Shown here: piece by piece, positions 1 to 9,018 of the stretch
Numbering within the stretch: position 1 is the stretch's first letter
Layout of the letters: each line of letters begins with the position of its first letter
Origin: Acidimicrobiales bacterium
GTDB lineage: Bacteria > Actinomycetota > Acidimicrobiia > Acidimicrobiales > JAHEJN01
Reading direction: 5' to 3'
Length of the DNA stretch: 64,000 nt
Assembly: GCA_024638845.1 (NCBI GenBank)
Contig: JAHEJN010000006.1
Location: forward strand, 10,946-74,945
Translations under genes and position numbers: made by a program
The notes under the pieces: generated by a model
What the model was told of the DNA's origin: nothing
Database searches by the model: none
What the model saw: the letters and a program-made list of their open reading frames with translations, nothing else

Positions 1-812
1 GCGGAATCGATCTCGGGACCGGGATCGGGTCGGGCGTCATCTACGACACCGCCGGCCTGATCCTCACCGCCCACCACGTGGTGGCCGGTGCCGACGAGGT
101 GACGGTGCGGACGGCCGACGAGCGCACCATCGCCGGCCGGGTCGTCGGTCGAATCCCCGAGCGCGACCTCGCCATCGTGGCGCTCGACAACGCCGACGAC
201 CTCGTCGCCGCTGCCATCGCCGATCCGGGAAGCGTGGAGGTCGGCGAGACGGCCATCGCCCTCGGGAGCCCGTTCGGTTTCCAGCAGTCGGTCACCGCCG
301 GCATCATCTCGGGCCTCGACCGCGAGCTCGAGACGCCGATGGGCACGCTCACCGGCCTCATCCAGACCGACGCTCCCATCAACCCCGGCAACTCCGGAGG
401 GCCGCTGGCCGATGCCGAGGCCCGAGTGATCGGCATCAACACCGCGATCGCGTCGATGTCGGGCGGCAACGACGGCGTCGGATTCGCCATCCCGGTGGAG
501 GACTTCGCCGACCTGCTGCAGGAGGTCGAGGTCGCCGGTGGTGTGGACGCGCCGACGGTACCGGCGCCGCAGGACGCGGGCGGTCTCGGGGGCCTGATCC
601 CCGGACTCGACCAGCTACCCGGACTCGACCAGATCCCGGGACTCGATCAGCTCCCGGGGCTCGATGAGCTGCTCGAGGAACTGCTCGGCTCGAGTGGGCT
701 CACCGACGAGCTCGACCAGCTTCTCCAGGACCTCGGGATCGACGGCCAGAGCCTGCTCGACGAGCTTCTCGGCACCAACGAGGGCGACTTGGGGACGGGG
801 GAACCGTCATGA
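1..812 (+). CDS. HtrA/DegP-like trypsin-family serine protease (S1C); 5' end lies outside the window; no PDZ domain; acidic repeat tail
   Basis: The frame is open from nt 3 (GIDLGTGIGSGVIYD...). Triad motifs are visible: TAHHVV (His), ERDLAIV (Asp), GNSGGPL (Ser). Track ORF 78..812 is the internal-start version. Confidence 0.85.
   Translation, partial: GIDLGTGIGSGVIYDTAGLILTAHHVVAGADEVTVRTADERTIAGRVVGRIPERDLAIVALDNADDLVAAAIADPGSVEVGETAIALGSPFGFQQSVTAGIISGLDRELETPMGTLTGLIQTDAPINPGNSGGPLADAEARVIGINTAIASMSGGNDGVGFAIPVEDFADLLQEVEVAGGVDAPTVPAPQDAGGLGGLIPGLDQLPGLDQIPGLDQLPGLDELLEELLGSSGLTDELDQLLQDLGIDGQSLLDELLGTNEGDLGTGEPS
600..671 (+). repeat. 4 x 18-bp in-frame tandem repeat encoding PGLDQ[LI]/PGLDEL in the protease tail
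   Basis: Units: cccggactcgaccagcta / cccggactcgaccagatc / ccgggactcgatcagctc / ccggggctcgatgagctg. Confidence 0.9.
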
Positions 813-1864
813 CCGCGACCGAATCGACCGTCTTCGACTCCCCCTACGCCGATACGACCCTGGCCCGTGAACGGCTCCAACAGGTACTCGCCGAGCTGGA
901 GGCGATCGTCGTCGGACAGGAGCGGGTGCTGGAGCGAGTTCTGGTCGCCCTGCTGGCCAACGGACACTGCCTGCTCGAGGGCGTGCCCGGTCTGGGCAAG
1001 ACGCTGACCGTCGCCACGTTGGCCAGGACGCTCGGCGGCACCTTCACCCGCATCCAGTTCACTCCCGACCTGTTGCCCACGGACATCGTCGGCACCCGTG
1101 TCTACCGACCCTCGACCGAGCGCTTCGACGTCGAGCTCGGCCCGATCTTCGCCAACTTCGTGCTGGCGGACGAAATCAACCGGGCACCGGCCAAGGTGCA
1201 GTCGGCGCTGTTGGAGGTGATGGCTGAGCGCCAGGTGTCGATCGGGGGCGTCACCCATCCCGTACCCAACCCCTTCCTGGTGCTCGCTACCCAGAACCCC
1301 ATCGAGTCCGAAGGTGTCTACCCGCTGCCCGAGGCCCAGCGCGACCGATTCCTCATGCGGATCCCGGTCGACTACCCGACCGCGGCCCAGGAGCACGAGA
1401 TCGTCAACCGATCCCGACGGCCGCAGGCACCGACGGCCACCATCCTGTCGCCCGACGACGTGCTCGCGCTGCAGGCCACCGCGGCCGCCGTGCACGTCGA
1501 CCCGTACGTGCAGGACTATGCGATCCGGCTGGCCCTGGCCACCCGACGCCCGGCCGAGCACAAGGTCCCCATCGAGGGCTTGCTCGCCTACGGCGCGAGC
1601 CCCCGCGCCAGCATCGGCCTCGTCCGTGCCGGCCAAGCGCTCGCCCTGCTCCGGGGCCGAGACCAACTGCTGCCCCAGGACGTGTACGACGTGGCCTACG
1701 ACGTGTTGAACCACCGGCTCGTGCTGTCCTTCGACGCCGTTGCCGACGGAGTGACCGTCGACGACGTGTTGGTCACCGTGCTCACGACCGTCGTCGCGCC
1801 GCGCCTGTCGGCGCCCTCGGCGTCTGGATGGGTACCGGGCGACGGGGCCGGAGGGCTGCCCTGA
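809..1864 (+). CDS. moxR: MoxR-family AAA+ ATPase
   Basis: Walker A is GVPGLGKT and Walker B region is FVLADEINRAP. VLATQNP and RDRF motifs are present. The ATG overlaps the protease stop (ATGA at 809-812). Confidence 0.92.
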   Translation: MTATESTVFDSPYADTTLARERLQQVLAELEAIVVGQERVLERVLVALLANGHCLLEGVPGLGKTLTVATLARTLGGTFTRIQFTPDLLPTDIVGTRVYRPSTERFDVELGPIFANFVLADEINRAPAKVQSALLEVMAERQVSIGGVTHPVPNPFLVLATQNPIESEGVYPLPEAQRDRFLMRIPVDYPTAAQEHEIVNRSRRPQAPTATILSPDDVLALQATAAAVHVDPYVQDYAIRLALATRRPAEHKVPIEGLLAYGASPRASIGLVRAGQALALLRGRDQLLPQDVYDVAYDVLNHRLVLSFDAVADGVTVDDVLVTVLTTVVAPRLSAPSASGWVPGDGAGGLP

Positions 1865-2823
1865 TGGGGGCGAGCCCCCGCCGACCGGGCCCACCCTCGG
1901 GGGTGCAGGCGCTGCCCCGCCGCAGCCGGGTGACCTCGCCGACGCGTGCACCCATCGATCGGCTCCAGCTCAGTGTGCTGCGCCGCCTGGACGGCCTGCT
2001 CGCGGGCGACCACGCCGGCTTGTTCCCCGGCCATGGCACCGACCGGGGCGAGGCCCGCCCCTACGTGGCCGGCGACGATCCCCGCCACATCGACTGGGCG
2101 GTCACCGCCCGCAACGCCGAGCCCCACGTGCGCGACACCATCGCCGACCACGAGCTCGAACTGTGGCTGGTGCTCGACGCCTCGTCCAGCCTCGCCTTCG
2201 GCACGGCCCGCGCCGACAAACACGAGCTGGCCTGGGCCGCCGCCGGCGCATTCGCCCTGCTCGCCTCCAAAGGCGGCAACCGGGTCGGTGCCGTGCGCGC
2301 GTCGGCGGAGCGGCGGTACCTCCCGGCCCGAAGCGGGCGGGCCCACGTCGGGGCGGTGCTCGCCGCCCTGCGGGAGCCGCCGGTCGAGGGCGACGCCGGC
2401 GATCTGGTTGCCGGAATCGACACCGTCCGCCGGGTGGCCCGACGGCGGGGGATGGCCGTGGTGGTGTCGGACTTCCTCGGTACGCCTTCCTGGGAGCGAC
2501 CGCTGCGAGCGCTGGCCCACCGTCACGAGGTGGTGGCGATCGAGGTACGGGACCGTCGGGAGGACGAGCTGCCCGACGTCGGGATGATCGCAGTGGCAGA
2601 CCCCGAGTCCGGACGGCGCCGCTTGCTCGACACGGCCCCGGCGACGACCCGGCATCGATACGCGGCCCTCGCCGCGGCGAGACGGGCCGAGACGGCGGCC
2701 CGGTTGGCCTCCTGTGGAGTCGACCACCTCGTCCTGCGCACCGACCGCGACTGGGTACTCGACCTCGTGCGCTTCGTCGCCGGCCGTCGCAGCCGCCTCC
2801 TCGCCGCCGGAGCCCGACGGTGA
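1864..2823 (+). CDS. DUF58 domain protein (MoxR operon partner)
   Basis: GDDPRHIDW motif and LVLDASSS region. I place the start at ATG 1864, overlapping the moxR stop (TGATG). The track start 1828 is also possible. Confidence 0.85.
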   Translation: MGASPRRPGPPSGVQALPRRSRVTSPTRAPIDRLQLSVLRRLDGLLAGDHAGLFPGHGTDRGEARPYVAGDDPRHIDWAVTARNAEPHVRDTIADHELELWLVLDASSSLAFGTARADKHELAWAAAGAFALLASKGGNRVGAVRASAERRYLPARSGRAHVGAVLAALREPPVEGDAGDLVAGIDTVRRVARRRGMAVVVSDFLGTPSWERPLRALAHRHEVVAIEVRDRREDELPDVGMIAVADPESGRRRLLDTAPATTRHRYAALAAARRAETAARLASCGVDHLVLRTDRDWVLDLVRFVAGRRSRLLAAGARR

Positions 2824-3806
2824 GCGACTTCACCTTCCTCGCGCCGGCCCGGCTGGTGTTGCTGGCGCTTCCCTTGGTGTTGGCGGTGGGCTACCTGGTG
2901 GCCCGATCCCGGCGCCGGCGTTTCGCCCTGCGGTTCACGACCCTCGACCTCCTCGACGAAGTAGCGCCCGACCGGCCCGGGTGGCGCCGCCACCTCCCGG
3001 CGGTGGCCATGCTCGCGGGGACGATCGTGGCCACGCTGGCCGTCGCCCGGCCGGCGGTCGCCAGGTCTGACGGCGAGGCGCAACGCATCGTCGTGCTGGC
3101 CATCGACACCTCGCTGTCCATGGAGGCTACCGACGTCTCGCCCTCCCGGGTCGAGGCCGCCAAGGCCGCGGCCGGTGATTTCCTCGACTCGGTGCCCGAC
3201 AACGTCGCCGTGGGCGTCGTCGGCTTCGACGGGCGGGCCCGGCAGCTGATCTCCCCCACCACCCGGTTGGAGGCAGTGCGCCGCACCATCGACCGGGTCC
3301 AACTGGGCGAGGGCACTGCGATCGGCGACGCCGTGCTGCTGGCGCTGGACGCAGTCGACTCGGCGGCCGCCACCGTCGTCGCCGACCGCTCGACGGCGGC
3401 CGGCGACCCGGGCGCGAGCCGAGGGACGATCGTGCTGTTGTCCGACGGGGAAACGACAGAGGGGCGACCCAACGACGAAGCCTCGGCCGAGGCCCGGGCC
3501 CAGGGGATCGCGGTGAACACGATCGCCTTCGGCACCGACGGCGGAACCATCTCGGACCCCATCGCCGGAGTCGTGAACGTGCCGGTCAACAGGGAGGCGC
3601 TGCGGCAGTTGGCAGCCGAGACCGACGGTCGGGCCCTCACCGCTGACACTGCCGAGGAACTGAGCCAGGTCTACGAGGAGCTGGGTCGCAGCGTGCAGGT
3701 GGACGTCGAGCGCCGCGAGGTGACCGACTGGTTCGCCGCCGCCGCCCTCGCCCTGCTGATGCTCGCCGGTGCCGGTTCGCTGGTGTGGTTCGGACGCCTT
3801 CCCTGA
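2820..3806 (+). CDS. VWA-domain membrane protein, BatA-like
   Basis: N-terminal TM helices, MIDAS DTSLSM, LLSDGETT, and a C-terminal TM. GTG 2820 overlaps the DUF58 stop (GTGA). The Arg/Pro-rich first ~219 aa of track ORF 2163..3806 overlap the DUF58 gene and are not credible. Confidence 0.88.
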   Translation: MSDFTFLAPARLVLLALPLVLAVGYLVARSRRRRFALRFTTLDLLDEVAPDRPGWRRHLPAVAMLAGTIVATLAVARPAVARSDGEAQRIVVLAIDTSLSMEATDVSPSRVEAAKAAAGDFLDSVPDNVAVGVVGFDGRARQLISPTTRLEAVRRTIDRVQLGEGTAIGDAVLLALDAVDSAAATVVADRSTAAGDPGASRGTIVLLSDGETTEGRPNDEASAEARAQGIAVNTIAFGTDGGTISDPIAGVVNVPVNREALRQLAAETDGRALTADTAEELSQVYEELGRSVQVDVERREVTDWFAAAALALLMLAGAGSLVWFGRLP

Positions 3807-3844
3807 CGAGCGCGCGATCCGAGGCTGACCCGTACCATCCGGCC

Positions 3845-5314
3845 ATGCTGCAAAACCAGCCTCAGCTGATCGCCTACGTCGACCGGCTGGCAACCGATCT
3901 CCGTGGTCTGGACAGGCTCCTCCGGAACGAGCTGGTCGGCGCGTTCGGTGGCGTGCACCTGCTGCCGTTCTTCGACCCCATCGACGGCGCGGACGCAGGG
4001 TTCGACCCGCGCAACCACACCGAGGTCGACGCGCGGTTGGGTACCTGGGACGACGTCGGCAGGATCGGCACCGACTTCACGGTGATGGCCGACCTGATCG
4101 TGAACCACGTGTCATCCGACTCGCCGCAGTTCCGCGACTGGCAGGAGCACGGAGCCGAATCCCCTTGGGCCGGTATGTTCCTCACCCCCGAGCAGGTCTT
4201 CCCCGGCGGGGCCGACGATGACGAGGTGGCACGAATCTACCGCCCTCGACCCGGCCGCCCCTTCAGCAACTACGAGATCGCCGGGGAGGGGCGTCTGGTC
4301 TGGACCACCTTCACGCGGCACCAGATCGACATCGACCTGGAAAGCCCTGCGGCCTGGAGCTACCTGATGACGGTGCTCGACCGGTTCGCCGTTGTCGGCG
4401 TCGATCTCGTCCGGCTCGACGCTGTCGGCTACGCAATCAAGAAGGCCGGTACGTCCAGCTTCATGATCACCGAGACGTTCGCACTCATCGCCCGGATCAC
4501 CGAGCAGTGTCGGGCGCGCGGCATGGACGTGCTCGTCGAGATCCACTCCCACCATCGACAACAGAAACAGATCGCAGGCCAGGTCGACCGGGTTTACGAC
4601 TTCGCCCTGCCGCCGCTCGTGCTCCACGCACTCCACACCGGCGACGCCCAGCCGCTGCAGGACTGGCTTCGCATCGCGCCCCGCAACTGTGTGACCGTGC
4701 TCGACACGCACGACGGGATCGGGATCGTCGACGTGGCGCCGCACGGTGACCTTCCCGGGCTGTTGTCGGCTGAAGCCGTCGAGACGCTCGTCGAGACGAT
4801 CCATGACGCGACCGATGGCCGTTCCCGCGAGGCGACCGGTGCTGCAGCATCCAATCTCGATCTCTACCAGATCAACACCACCTTCTTCGAAGCGCTCGGC
4901 TCCGACGATCGAGCGCTCTTCCTCGCACGCCTCATCCAGGTGTTGAGCCCGGGAATCCCGCAGGTCTACTACGCAGGTCTGCTCGCAGCACCGAATCAGA
5001 TGGACCTGCTCGGCCGGACCGGCGTCGGCCGCGACATCAACCGTCCGTACTACGACACCGACAGTCTCTCTGCGGCGCTCGCCCTCCCCATCGTCCAGGA
5101 TCTGTTGGGCCTGCTCCGCTGGCGCTGCGCCCACCACTGGCTCTTCGACGGGTCCTTCGAGCTCCTCGACTCGCCGGCGACCGAGCTGGCCATTCGATGG
5201 TCGTCGAACGACGAGGTACTCGAGGCCGGCATCGACGTGGCTGCCCGGACCTTCCGGCTCGAGCTCGCCGACGCAGTCCTGACCGAACCGTCAGACTTCA
5301 GTCGGTGCTCCTGA
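3845..5314 (+). CDS. Sucrose phosphorylase (GH13_18)
   Basis: Collinear with remembered Bifidobacterium sucrose phosphorylase: HLLPFFDPIDGADAGFDP, RLDAVGY (nucleophile Asp), LVEIHS (acid/base Glu), DTHDGIG, AASNLDLYQIN. Start taken at MLQNQPQLIAY. Confidence 0.85.
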   Translation: MLQNQPQLIAYVDRLATDLRGLDRLLRNELVGAFGGVHLLPFFDPIDGADAGFDPRNHTEVDARLGTWDDVGRIGTDFTVMADLIVNHVSSDSPQFRDWQEHGAESPWAGMFLTPEQVFPGGADDDEVARIYRPRPGRPFSNYEIAGEGRLVWTTFTRHQIDIDLESPAAWSYLMTVLDRFAVVGVDLVRLDAVGYAIKKAGTSSFMITETFALIARITEQCRARGMDVLVEIHSHHRQQKQIAGQVDRVYDFALPPLVLHALHTGDAQPLQDWLRIAPRNCVTVLDTHDGIGIVDVAPHGDLPGLLSAEAVETLVETIHDATDGRSREATGAAASNLDLYQINTTFFEALGSDDRALFLARLIQVLSPGIPQVYYAGLLAAPNQMDLLGRTGVGRDINRPYYDTDSLSAALALPIVQDLLGLLRWRCAHHWLFDGSFELLDSPATELAIRWSSNDEVLEAGIDVAARTFRLELADAVLTEPSDFSRCS

Positions 5315-5488
5315 GCCCGGTCGCCGCGGTGACGGACTCGACGCAGTCGGACACCAGCGCAGTTGGGACGGGCTCGCCGACGGCAGCCAGCGAACGCTCC
5401 TGATGTGACGAAGGGCTCTTGCGACTCGGCGTCGATTCGCCCGACGCTGGAGTTGAACTTCGAAGGTCGCCAGAAAGAGGCAGGTCAG

Positions 5489-6310
5489 ATGTCGATCTCA
5501 ACCCGGTTTCAACCGTCTCGGCGGGCAGCACAGCGGGGCGAGCCATCACAGCCTCAGCACACCCAAGACGGCCAACTGCTCCGTTGGGGCGGGGGTGCCG
5601 GCTTGGCCGGCGCGGCGCTCCTGCTCGGCGCAGCCGCGGTCGTGGGGATCCTGGGGTTGCCGGATGCGTCCGATGTCGAGACTCTCACGGACTTCACCGA
5701 CATCGAGTCGGGTCGCATCGTCGAGCACTTCCTCTATCTCGGTGCGGTGATGCTGTTCGCCGTTCATGTCTTCGTCCTCCACCAGTTGCTCAGGACGGCC
5801 CATCCGGCTGCTGCCCTTTCCGGCACCGTCATGGCCGGGTTCGGCTTCGTCATCATGGCCGCCAGCGCCCTGCTGCACGTCTCGACATCGCCCCTGGCCG
5901 ATCTGTACACCGATCCGGACACACCCCCTGAGAACCTGGAGGCGATCGAGTACGCCTGGTATGGCGCCCAGAGCGTGTTCGACACGATGCTCGCGACGGG
6001 CGTGCTACTCGTCCCGATCGGGATCGTTCTCTTCGGGGTCGCGATGCGGAGCACCCCTGTGTTCGGTCCCCGCCTCACCATGCTCACCATGGCGCTCGGC
6101 ACCGTGGGAATCATCGGCGGCGCCATCGCCGTGATCGATCCCGGATCAGCGGCCTCCGCCGCCAGCGTCTTGGCCATCGCAGTGTTCCACCTGAGCATCG
6201 GTTGGCGGACGCTGACACTGGGGAACGAGGCGTGCATCGACCTCACGGACATGGAGTCGACTCCAAACACCCCGTCGACCCGCACGGAACGCAGGAAGGG
6301 AGAACCATGA
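5489..6310 (+). CDS. Integral membrane protein, function unknown
   Basis: Several hydrophobic helices. ATG 5489 is preceded by agaaagaggcagg (SD-like). GC3-rich. Confidence 0.7.
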   Translation: MSISTRFQPSRRAAQRGEPSQPQHTQDGQLLRWGGGAGLAGAALLLGAAAVVGILGLPDASDVETLTDFTDIESGRIVEHFLYLGAVMLFAVHVFVLHQLLRTAHPAAALSGTVMAGFGFVIMAASALLHVSTSPLADLYTDPDTPPENLEAIEYAWYGAQSVFDTMLATGVLLVPIGIVLFGVAMRSTPVFGPRLTMLTMALGTVGIIGGAIAVIDPGSAASAASVLAIAVFHLSIGWRTLTLGNEACIDLTDMESTPNTPSTRTERRKGEP

Positions 6311-6684
6311 TGATCGAACCGAGCACACAAGAACACCCCGAGACGAACCAAGCCCCCACCGACCATTCGTCGTTGGCCGACACCGACCTGCGGCGAGCTG
6401 CAATCCGTCGCCTCAAGAAGAAACGGGCCTTCCGAAGCCATGTGTTCGTCTACGTGACCATCAACGTTCTGTTCTGGACGGGTTGGATCGTCGGTGGGCT
6501 CGTCGATCGTTGGGTCTTCCCGTGGCCGATCTTCCCCACCGTCTTCTGGGGCCTCTTCGTCCTGGGGATGGCCCGAGACCTGTACGGGACCGACTCGATC
6601 TCCGAGGAACACATCCAACACGAGATCGATCTGCTTCGACACACGTCACGCAGACCTGACACCCACTCCCACGAGTCGCGCTGA
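6307..6684 (+). CDS. 2TM-domain membrane protein
   Basis: KKKRAFRSHVFVYVTINVLFWTGWIV followed by a second TM, the typical 2TM (PF13239-like) layout. ATGA overlap with the upstream gene. Confidence 0.75.
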   Translation: MMIEPSTQEHPETNQAPTDHSSLADTDLRRAAIRRLKKKRAFRSHVFVYVTINVLFWTGWIVGGLVDRWVFPWPIFPTVFWGLFVLGMARDLYGTDSISEEHIQHEIDLLRHTSRRPDTHSHESR

Positions 6685-6747
6685 GCGCGCAGGCGGCAGC
6701 CATCTACGACCGATCTCGACGACCGGCACATCGTGCTGCTCACTGTC

Positions 6748-7695
6748 TCACGCGGCTGCGGAGACGAAAGCCACCAGTAGTTCGTCGAGGTCAGCTGATG
6801 TGCCCGCAGTGGCCGAGTAGAACCATGGGCTGCCCGCTGTGGCCCATGTGGCGTTGACCACGGAGTCTTCTCCCGGCTCGTCCGCGATACCGCACGTCGT
6901 GTTCCAGGTCACCCAGAACAGGTCGCCATCACGTCCGTAACCATCAACCTCCCAGTCGGCGCCGGTGGTCAGGACCGCCACGAACTGGTCGCCGGTACCT
7001 CCATCGGGGGACACCTTTATCCCCTGGAAGCCGATGCTGCTGCACCCCACGGGCTGAGTGACGCCAAAGGACACAGCGACGCGATCGGGACCAGAGGGTT
7101 CGATACTGCGTTCGCCCCCCAGCAGCACCGCAGGCAGGTCGTCGAACACTGCGGTGATCCCTTCGGCGTCGTCGGGCAGCGCAACATCGCCCAGACCCAG
7201 TGGGGCTCTGGCAGGGGGCAGCAACGAAGGGTCCGGCAGCTCGAACTCAGGCTCGTCCGGTGGCGGCTCGGCGCGGCCGACGGCCAGCGGTGCACAGTAT
7301 TCGTCGTCGACGCCATTGGCCCGTACGAAGACGCACGCCGACTCGGGCAGCCCGAACTCGTCGAACGCCTGCTGCATCCCGGTGTTGGCAGCGCAGCCTT
7401 CCGTGGTCTGGAATATGTCACCGATCTGGAGGAATTCATCGCCTACCGATCGAATCCCGATGGCGCACAACTCGATCTCGGTTTCCTCCCAAACCAGTCG
7501 TCCGCCGAGGTCTTCGACGTCGGCCTCTCGAAGCGGGGTGAATGTCCTGATCATGAAGACCGTGTGGATGCCGACGCCCTCATCGTCGAGCGCGATTCTC
7601 CACTCGCTGAACTCTGTCTGGTCATCCGAGTCGGAGCACGCGCCCACGATGGAAGCAACAGCCGCCAGCGCGACGATGGCAAGCAGCCTTCGCAT
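6748..7695 (-). CDS. Lipoprotein, function unknown
   Basis: Signal peptide with lipobox MRRLLAIVALAAVASIVGAC. Acidic, Cys-containing mature region. Confidence 0.75.
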   Translation of the reverse strand: MRRLLAIVALAAVASIVGACSDSDDQTEFSEWRIALDDEGVGIHTVFMIRTFTPLREADVEDLGGRLVWEETEIELCAIGIRSVGDEFLQIGDIFQTTEGCAANTGMQQAFDEFGLPESACVFVRANGVDDEYCAPLAVGRAEPPPDEPEFELPDPSLLPPARAPLGLGDVALPDDAEGITAVFDDLPAVLLGGERSIEPSGPDRVAVSFGVTQPVGCSSIGFQGIKVSPDGGTGDQFVAVLTTGADWEVDGYGRDGDLFWVTWNTTCGIADEPGEDSVVNATWATAGSPWFYSATAGTSADLDELLVAFVSAAA

Positions 7696-7975
7696 GGAGT
7701 TGCCTCCTTTCCAGCACTATGGGCACCAGCCCGTGATGGGACGATAGAGGCGTTCGTCCACCGTCCCAGATCGCCCGGTAGTCGCACCCGACAACGCGGC
7801 CTCGGCGCGGGCGCTGGCCAAGAACGGCTTCGTGGCCGTGGGGGATCCCGATGGCGAGGAACAGATCTACACGCTGTCACTCCGCGGCGCCGACCCCCGG
7901 GGCGCGGCTGCTCGGTTCGGCGCCCGCGTCACGTTCTGAGCGACTCCACCAGGCTCGGCTTGGCCGGCCCGGTCG

Positions 7976-8824
7976 TCACATCTCGGTATCGGCGGGGATG
8001 AGAACCACCGGCCGGTCACTGCGGTGCAGCGCCTTCAACGCGACGCCTCCGATTCGGAGACCGGTGAAGCCGCCGAGACCTCGCGCTCCGACCACGACAA
8101 CGTCGGTGCGCTCGTCCTTCGCGGTCTGCAGGAGCGCATCAGCAGCGTTGGCACCCTGGAGCGCAACCGCTTCGAAGTCCACCCCTTCAGCCGTGAGCTC
8201 GCTTGCGAGGTCATCACGGATCCGACCTTCGAGCTCGTTCCGCCAGTTCTGCGCGCTCGTGGTGGGAATCCCCTCGAGGTACGGCTGATCCACCGTGGCC
8301 ACGACGATTCGCAACTCGGCCACCGCCGCCAGTCCCCGAACCCACAGGAGCGCGGCTCGCGATCCCGGGGAACCGTCAGCGCCCACCAGCACGCTTCGGA
8401 CGGGGATCGACACTGCGCCGCCGACGACGGCGACGGGTACCGGAGAATTGTGGGCCAGCCATTCGGCGACACTCCCGAAATGCAGAAGCCCGGGGCCGGC
8501 CGACCGACCGATTCGCCCGACGACGACGAGATCAGCCTGCTCCCGGTCAGCGACACGAAGGATCCCCTGTCTCGGATCACCTCGTTCGACCACTGTCCGC
8601 ACTCGCACGTCACCGAGCCCGGCTACGCCGCTCCACGTTTCGAGCTGCTGCTGTTGTTCCGTCAACAATGCCTCGACTCGTTGGGGTGGCAGCTCGGATT
8701 CGGTCGGCACGAAGCCGGTCATCACCACGATCTCTGCCTGATGGAGCTCAGCGAGGTGGGCGGCCCAGCGCATGGCATTGGCGGCACCGGCAGATCCATC
8801 TGCACCGACCACGATCGTCTTCAT
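7976..8824 (-). CDS. Universal stress protein, tandem USP domains
   Basis: MKTIVVGADGSAGA... repeated as VLVGADGSPGS.... GxxG...S ATP-binding-type motifs (VVGARGLGG). Confidence 0.88.
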   Translation of the reverse strand: MKTIVVGADGSAGAANAMRWAAHLAELHQAEIVVMTGFVPTESELPPQRVEALLTEQQQQLETWSGVAGLGDVRVRTVVERGDPRQGILRVADREQADLVVVGRIGRSAGPGLLHFGSVAEWLAHNSPVPVAVVGGAVSIPVRSVLVGADGSPGSRAALLWVRGLAAVAELRIVVATVDQPYLEGIPTTSAQNWRNELEGRIRDDLASELTAEGVDFEAVALQGANAADALLQTAKDERTDVVVVGARGLGGFTGLRIGGVALKALHRSDRPVVLIPADTEM

Positions 8825-9018
8825 GCCAAAGCAACCTTGTTCGGGGCTCTCACCGGGGGCTCCTATCTCTACCGCGCCTCACGAGCGCTGCCGACATCAT
8901 CGATGACGAGCGGCGACGCCGGAAGGGTCGAAGGTCCCCGTGGTGTCCGATGCCGCGGGACCTTGGCCCCTGGGGCGATTAGCGTCTTCGGCACCTCGAG
9001 ACATCCGAAAGCGACTCC

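Noticed and set aside
647-1951. 434-aa minus-strand ORF
   Set aside because: It is antisense to the MoxR ATPase gene and Arg/Gly-rich. No recognisable domain.
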